The position numbers and the translations under genes are program-made. Below the pieces are notes generated by a model. The model was given only the letters and a program-made list of their open reading frames with translations, searched no databases and was not told the DNA's origin. Shown piece after piece: positions 24,378 through 28,277 of a stretch of DNA of 28,277 nucleotides. How positions within the stretch are numbered: the first letter of the stretch is position 1; the number at the start of each line of letters is the position of its first letter. The stretch comes from a virus, in the IMG/VR virus record IMGVR_UViG_3300045988_062674, positions 1 through 28,277 of that record. One strand, written 5' to 3'.

Positions 24378-24448
24378 GAGTATTATTCGAGTATTAAATT
24401 ATTTGTTGCGTAACCATATAATTAAAGCGTAAAGATAAAGCGTTAAGA
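24378..24448 (+). promoter_or_regulatory. candidate promoter/operator region of the accessory cassette
   Basis: Contains the direct repeat GAGTATTA x2 at 11-nt period (24378-85, 24389-96), a perfect TATAAT (24417-24422), and the tandem 13-mers TAAAGCGTAAAGA/TAAAGCGTTAAGA (24423-24448) abutting the RBS. Confidence 0.4.
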
Positions 24449-24458
24449 GGTGGTTGAA

Positions 24459-24899
24459 ATGTATAACAATTATAATCCAGCACAAGCACGAATTGACAGT
24501 TTGATGCAACAAAGACAAATGATAGATCAACAAATTCAGCAAGTACAACAGTATGCAAATATTCCACCTATCAACATTAATAATCAGATTACACCACAAC
24601 AACAAGGTAATTTTGATTTTAATGGAAAATGGGTGAACGATGAGCAGGAAGCTAGAAACTTTGCGAATGCAAATTTACCAACGATTTTATTTGATAACAA
24701 TAAGTCTATTTTTTATATGAAATCTTTAGATGGAACATTTAAAAAATTTAAATTCGAAGAAATCACGGAAGATGCTTCTAACAGTATAGAAAATCGTGTA
24801 AATGGAATCGAAAAGAAATTAGATGATTTGATATGTGCATTAAGCAAACCACCAAAACAAGCTAATGAGCAACCAAAGAAAGGAGCACAAACAAAATGA
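24459..24899 (+). CDS. hypothetical protein, Q-rich N-terminus + small globular C-domain (146 aa)
   Basis: ATG 24459 lies 5 nt after AAGAGGTGG (the track start is GTG 24450). The Q/N-rich first ~55 aa are followed by GKWVNDEQEARNF...IFYMKSLDGTFKKFKFEE. No named family. Confidence 0.7.
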   Translation: MYNNYNPAQARIDSLMQQRQMIDQQIQQVQQYANIPPININNQITPQQQGNFDFNGKWVNDEQEARNFANANLPTILFDNNKSIFYMKSLDGTFKKFKFEEITEDASNSIENRVNGIEKKLDDLICALSKPPKQANEQPKKGAQTK

Positions 24900-25138
24900 A
24901 TCCTTTAAAAAGTATTATGGGAAATATGAATCCAATGAATATGATGAATATGGGAAATCCCCAACAAATGTTAATGAATATGTTGTCACAGAAAAATCCA
25001 CAAGCATTTCAACAATTTCAAATGCTTATGAACAGTGGTCAAAATCCACAAGCGATTTTAAATCAGATGATGGGTAATTTAAATCCACAACAAAAGCAAC
25101 AACTGCAACAAATGGCAAAACAGTTTGGAATCAGGTAA
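24896..25138 (+). CDS. Q/N/M-rich low-complexity protein with NPQ repeats (80 aa)
   Basis: ATGA overlap with the upstream stop. About four degenerate NPQ(Q/A)..Q(M/L)(L/M) repeats. No TM or signal peptide obvious. Confidence 0.65.
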   Translation: MNPLKSIMGNMNPMNMMNMGNPQQMLMNMLSQKNPQAFQQFQMLMNSGQNPQAILNQMMGNLNPQQKQQLQQMAKQFGIR

Positions 25139-25179
25139 CAACGGATAAACCGTTATTATAGAAAGAAAGGAGAACATAT

Positions 25180-25812
25180 ATGATGGAAAATGGAATGGGA
25201 ATTCAACCAACTTACAACTTAGCTGAAAGAGATGACGGCTTTGGAAACGGCGGAGGTTGGTGGATTTGGATCTTGCTAATCTTCGTATTATTTGGATATG
25301 GAGGATATGGAGGATATGGCAACGGAAACCTAGCAAATGATTCTTTATTAAATGAAGAATTCATTAAACGAGACATTTTTAACACAAACACAAATGTATC
25401 TCAAACAGGTTGCCAAACTCAACGAGACGTACTAGAAAGTCGCTATACTAATCAGTTAGGACTTCAAAACTTGCAAGCTCAGCAACAAGAATGTTGCTGC
25501 AACACTCAACGTGCAATTGACAATGTAAATGCTCAAAGTTTCAAAAACACTTGTGACATTACAACAGCAATTCATTCAGAAGGTGAAGCAACACGTGCGT
25601 TGATCAATGCAAACACTATGCAAGAATTACGTGATCGCTTAGCTGATCGTGATCGTGATTTATTGACGGCTAATTTCCAATTAAGTCAACAGGCACAATC
25701 AGCAAACATCATTAATACTTTGCAACCAACACCAAAACCAGCATACATTACATGTTCACCATATTACGCTTATAACAACGGATGTGGATGTAATGGCTAC
25801 AACAACTTATAA
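25180..25812 (+). CDS. Gly/Tyr-flanked single-TM, Cys-rich, Q-rich protein (210 aa)
   Basis: AAGGAG RBS. GFGNGGGWWIWILLIFVLFGYGGYGGYGNG resembles tiny G-rich TM sporulation peptides (YjcZ-like). Eight Cys, including ECCC and GCGC. Helical Q/N-rich core. Confidence 0.7.
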   Translation: MMENGMGIQPTYNLAERDDGFGNGGGWWIWILLIFVLFGYGGYGGYGNGNLANDSLLNEEFIKRDIFNTNTNVSQTGCQTQRDVLESRYTNQLGLQNLQAQQQECCCNTQRAIDNVNAQSFKNTCDITTAIHSEGEATRALINANTMQELRDRLADRDRDLLTANFQLSQQAQSANIINTLQPTPKPAYITCSPYYAYNNGCGCNGYNNL

Positions 25813-25853
25813 TCTAGCACATATGTGATTAGGCAATTGCCTTTGGATTTAAC

Positions 25854-25881
25854 GGGATAGTCGAAAGGCTATCCCTATTTT
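25854..25881 (+). terminator. internal hairpin GGGATAGTC-GAAA-GGCTATCCC + TATTTT (attenuator/partial terminator)
   Basis: 9-bp stem (one G-U pair) with a GAAA tetraloop. Only ~18 nt separate it from the next ATG, so there is no room for a new promoter downstream of it. Confidence 0.5.
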
Positions 25882-25899
25882 AATAGGAGGATAAAAGAA

Positions 25900-26319
25900 A
25901 TGATTAATAGTATAGCAACGGCAGTACAAACAGTAGCAAACGGACAAAATGTATTATTCCCAACGGATAGAGTAAGAACAAAATCATGCCAATGTGCATG
26001 TAAAGGTTGGCTTGCTCATGATGTAGGAAGTGGATTATTTACATTGACGAAGCAAGGAATTTATGAAGTAGAATATACGGTAGATATTACAAGCGCAACG
26101 GTAGGAGTCGCTTCTTTAGAATTAGAACAGAATGGAGAAGCAGTAGGAGGAACAGAATCTCTATATAATGTAGCTACTGCGAGCGCATACGGAAATGTTA
26201 GTGGAGCTACATTGATTCAAGTACCTTGTGGAGCTTCTTACACAATTACGCTAGGTAATAACAGTGGTTTAGATTTATCTGTTCAGAATGCAAATATCAT
26301 TATTAAGAAGATTGCGTAG
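25900..26319 (+). CDS. stand-alone BclA C-terminal domain-like (C1q/TNF-like jelly-roll) protein (139 aa)
   Basis: FTLTKQGIYEVEYTVDITSATVGVASLELEQNGEAVGGT and the terminal NANIIIKKIA parallel FVISETGFYKITVIANTATASVLGGLTIQVNGVPVPGT and SASIIIEKVA of B. anthracis BclA (compared from memory). No collagen GXX repeats. AGGAGG RBS. Confidence 0.65.
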   Translation: MINSIATAVQTVANGQNVLFPTDRVRTKSCQCACKGWLAHDVGSGLFTLTKQGIYEVEYTVDITSATVGVASLELEQNGEAVGGTESLYNVATASAYGNVSGATLIQVPCGASYTITLGNNSGLDLSVQNANIIIKKIA

Positions 26320-26328
26320 GTGAAAAAT

Positions 26329-26802
26329 ATGCATAAAGCAATGGAAGTTAATGAGAAGATAATGCATGAGTCAGTAAACATGTTAGAGAAATATGGATAT
26401 GCAGAATCTTATTTCCATGCATTATCTCAAGCTTTAGATAATATCAAAGACATTGAAACTATAGAAGCAATGAGAAATAAATATCAAATTGAGATAGGAA
26501 AAGATGGAGTTTCAACTGTTGCAAGATTAAAAGAAGATAATGATGGATATAATATTCATGATCCAGAAACAGAAGATATTGTTTATAAGCTTGCAGAACA
26601 TTTGAAAAAATATAAAGCGTTCAAAGAAGAATATACGCGTACAAAAGGTGATATGGATTTAGAAAAGTCTCATCGTGAATTAGATAAGACTATGAAATGT
26701 ATGCAACAAATCGTAACTATGATTCATGGATGCGTTGATTCAGATGAAGAAAAAACAATGATTAAGACACATATACGAGACATGTTTAATATGTATCAAT
26801 AA
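26329..26802 (+). CDS. hypothetical helical protein (157 aa)
   Basis: ATG 26329 lies 5 nt after AGGTGA (the track start is GTG 26320). K/E/M/H-rich helical composition. No family recognised. Confidence 0.65.
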   Translation: MHKAMEVNEKIMHESVNMLEKYGYAESYFHALSQALDNIKDIETIEAMRNKYQIEIGKDGVSTVARLKEDNDGYNIHDPETEDIVYKLAEHLKKYKAFKEEYTRTKGDMDLEKSHRELDKTMKCMQQIVTMIHGCVDSDEEKTMIKTHIRDMFNMYQ

Positions 26803-26828
26803 GGCCGTTAAATACGGTCTTTTATTTT
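26801..26828 (+). terminator. rho-independent terminator closing the accessory cassette
   Basis: AAGGCCGT-TAAAT-ACGGTCTT stem (one G-U pair) followed by TTATTTT. Confidence 0.6.
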
Positions 26829-26842
26829 GTACAGTGTACAAA
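26824..26842 (+). promoter_or_regulatory. conserved 19-nt element ATTTTGTACAGTGTACAAA, copy 2
   Basis: Identical to 3157-3175. Lies ~40 nt upstream of the holin ATG, immediately after the cassette terminator, with TATTAT/TATTAG -10-like hexamers downstream. Confidence 0.5.
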
Positions 26843-26881
26843 CGATTTAAATATTATTATTAGGATAGGAGGTATTTGTAA

Positions 26882-27103
26882 ATGAAAAAATATAGTAAAG
26901 AATGGTGGATTCAATATGGCTATTATGCAAGTATCAGAGCATTAAAGACAATTGCTCAAACTGCTGTTGGTGTTATTGGAGCATCTGCATTGTTGGAAGC
27001 CGTTGATTGGCGAGTTGTAATTTCGTCAGCGGTTTTGTCAGGCATCGTCTCGTTGCTGACTAGTATTGGCGGATTACCTGAAATTAGTGTACCGGAGGAA
27101 TAA
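26882..27103 (+). CDS. holin (r1t/Phage_holin_1-like)
   Basis: 73 aa with two TM segments. IRALKTIAQTAVGVIGAS...VDWRVVISSAVLSGIVSLLTS matches the ..KTFAQT..G......VDW...L..S pattern. GGAGG RBS. Lies directly upstream of the endolysin. Confidence 0.85.
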   Translation: MKKYSKEWWIQYGYYASIRALKTIAQTAVGVIGASALLEAVDWRVVISSAVLSGIVSLLTSIGGLPEISVPEE

Positions 27104-27105
27104 TA

Positions 27106-27219
27106 ATGAATGATGAAGAAAAAGTAGTAGATTATGAGAATCTATCAGAAGAAGCAAAAGAAGAATTAAGCAATGGCAAGGAAGAAGGTGTAGATGAAGA
27201 ATGTCATATTCCGGATTAG
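27106..27219 (+). CDS. small acidic ORF (37 aa) between holin and endolysin, not in ORF track
   Basis: ATG 27106 lies 6 nt after GGAGGA. MNDEEKVVDYENLSEEAKEELSNGKEEGVDEECHIPD. Overlaps the endolysin start by 19 nt. Confidence 0.4.
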   Translation: MNDEEKVVDYENLSEEAKEELSNGKEEGVDEECHIPD

Positions 27220-28277
27220 CAACATATTGTAACAGAACATCACAACATTATGATGGCCGTTTTGGATATAAGGTTTGTAAAATCACTCCACACTACATGG
27301 CTGCGGCATGGAGTGGTAAACAATGTGCAGATTATTTTGCACGAAATACTCGTCAAGCATCTTCCAATTATTGTATTGGAATTAATGGAGACATTGCATG
27401 CAGTGTTGATGAAGAAAATGCTGCATGGACAAGTTCAAATTGGTTGAATGATTCTCAATCAATTACAATTGAATGTGGAAACATTAATAACGCAACTGGA
27501 GAAATGACGCAAGCTACTTGGGATAGCTTGGTGAATCTATGTGTTGATATTTGTAAACGATATGGATTTAGATTGAACTATACAGGAAATTCTAGCGGAT
27601 CATTGACTATGCACAAAATGTTTGCGGCTACATCATGCCCTGGAGCATGGTTGGAAGCACGTATGCCACAATTGGCTAATGAAGTAAATGCAAAGTTAGA
27701 TGGAAAGGTTGAAACACCAAAACCTACAACTCCAAGTGGAGAAAAATATTCAGTTAATTTACCTATCTGTACAAACACATTGAGTGTGAATTGCTACGGA
27801 ACTTCTACAGTTAAAAAAGGTGATTGGTCAGGTGTCATTGGTAGAGTAATTAAAGGAACAAAATATCCATATCGTATTGATCGTAATGGAGTAGCGATTG
27901 GGTGGACTAATGATGCCGGTATTGATACAGACCCTCATGTGCCAGTTGGCGCCACACAGTCTAGCGCAGAAGCTATCGACCAAATCTTGCACGAAGGCAG
28001 CTATGTTACTTCTGTACATATGAAAATTGGCAATCAAGGATTGAAGAAAATTGGCGATGATTTATGTTGCTATCTATCAAAACTGGGTGGTTGGTTTCCA
28101 ATTCGTATGGTAGACAAAGTACCTAATTCAGATGGATATAATGACAATGTACTGCATACCACAAATGCAGTAGTCTACGTATCTAGAATCAGAGTCGATG
28201 CAGTGAATGTTCAAAAGAACATTGTCAAGATTGGTGGCGTTTGGGTTGATCCAACACCGTTAACAGAAATTGAATAA
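27201..28277 (+). CDS. endolysin: N-acetylmuramoyl-L-alanine amidase (Amidase_2/PGRP-type) with C-terminal cell-wall-binding region
   Basis: 358 aa. The N-terminal ~165 aa carry the Amidase_2-like pattern (...ITPHYMA...NYCIG..G......EN.AW.......NDSQSITIE...H....ATSCPG). The C-terminal half is beta-rich and SH3-like. Confidence 0.9.
   Translation: MSYSGLATYCNRTSQHYDGRFGYKVCKITPHYMAAAWSGKQCADYFARNTRQASSNYCIGINGDIACSVDEENAAWTSSNWLNDSQSITIECGNINNATGEMTQATWDSLVNLCVDICKRYGFRLNYTGNSSGSLTMHKMFAATSCPGAWLEARMPQLANEVNAKLDGKVETPKPTTPSGEKYSVNLPICTNTLSVNCYGTSTVKKGDWSGVIGRVIKGTKYPYRIDRNGVAIGWTNDAGIDTDPHVPVGATQSSAEAIDQILHEGSYVTSVHMKIGNQGLKKIGDDLCCYLSKLGGWFPIRMVDKVPNSDGYNDNVLHTTNAVVYVSRIRVDAVNVQKNIVKIGGVWVDPTPLTEIE

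Larger units (their letters stand above)
1..28277 (+). mobile_element. Late (packaging-head-tail-lysis) region of a siphovirus-type Firmicutes phage/prophage; ends not in window
   Basis: Canonical collinear order HNH-TerS-TerL-portal-protease-capsid-neck-major tail-chaperone-TMP-Dit-Tal-fibres-holin-endolysin on one strand. No sheath gene, integrase or att site seen. Confidence 0.9.

Noticed and set aside
24865-25077. Alternative-frame + ORF overlapping the ends of two cassette genes
   Set aside because: It has no RBS and straddles an ATGA-coupled gene junction. The two in-frame genes have proper SDs and coherent composition.
24119-25336. Minus-strand ORFs 24119..24358, 24399..24605 and 25079..25336
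   Set aside because: They are antisense to supported + genes or cross the terminator/promoter region. Their sequences are hydrophobic and junk-like, with no SD.
1-28277. CRISPR arrays, tRNA/rRNA genes, integrase, att sites, IS elements
   Set aside because: I saw no regularly spaced direct repeats, no cloverleaf-like segments in the intergenic gaps I read, and no recombinase- or transposase-like ORF. The lysogeny module, if any, lies outside the window.

Overview
This 28.3 kb low-GC window is almost entirely the late region of a Firmicutes siphovirus-type phage or prophage, read on the + strand. The gene order is HNH endonuclease, small and large terminase, portal, HK97-type prohead protease and major capsid, neck proteins, phi13-type major tail protein, a G/GT-type chaperone pair, a 1256-aa tape measure, Dit, Tal, about nine baseplate/fibre genes, XkdW/XkdX-like genes, BhlA/XhlA-like membrane proteins, then holin and amidase endolysin at the right edge. 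I saw no sheath gene, integrase, att site, tRNA, rRNA or CRISPR array.

Three regions fall outside the standard phage layout.
- Region 338-2348: a tightly coupled six-gene operon on the minus strand encodes small unrecognisable proteins. These include an RHH-like regulator, a strongly acidic 172-aa protein and a 49-aa membrane peptide missing from the ORF track.
- Region 2349-3384: about 1 kb has no credible ORF. It is locally GC-richer and full of hairpins and repeats, and sits in front of the packaging genes. It is the likely cos/regulatory leader and may encode an ncRNA.
- Region 24367-26830: a five-gene cassette bounded by terminators is inserted inside the lysis module. It encodes Q/N/M-rich proteins, a Gly/Tyr-flanked Cys-rich membrane protein and a stand-alone BclA-C-terminal-like (C1q/TNF-fold) protein.

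Other observations:
- An identical 19-nt element (ATTTTGTACAGTGTACAAA) precedes both the packaging genes and the holin-endolysin pair.
- Poly-A slippery tracts followed by start-less open -1 frames occur at the 3' ends of both the capsid gene and the tail chaperone gene.

All family assignments were made by eye from the translated sequence. No database search was run.
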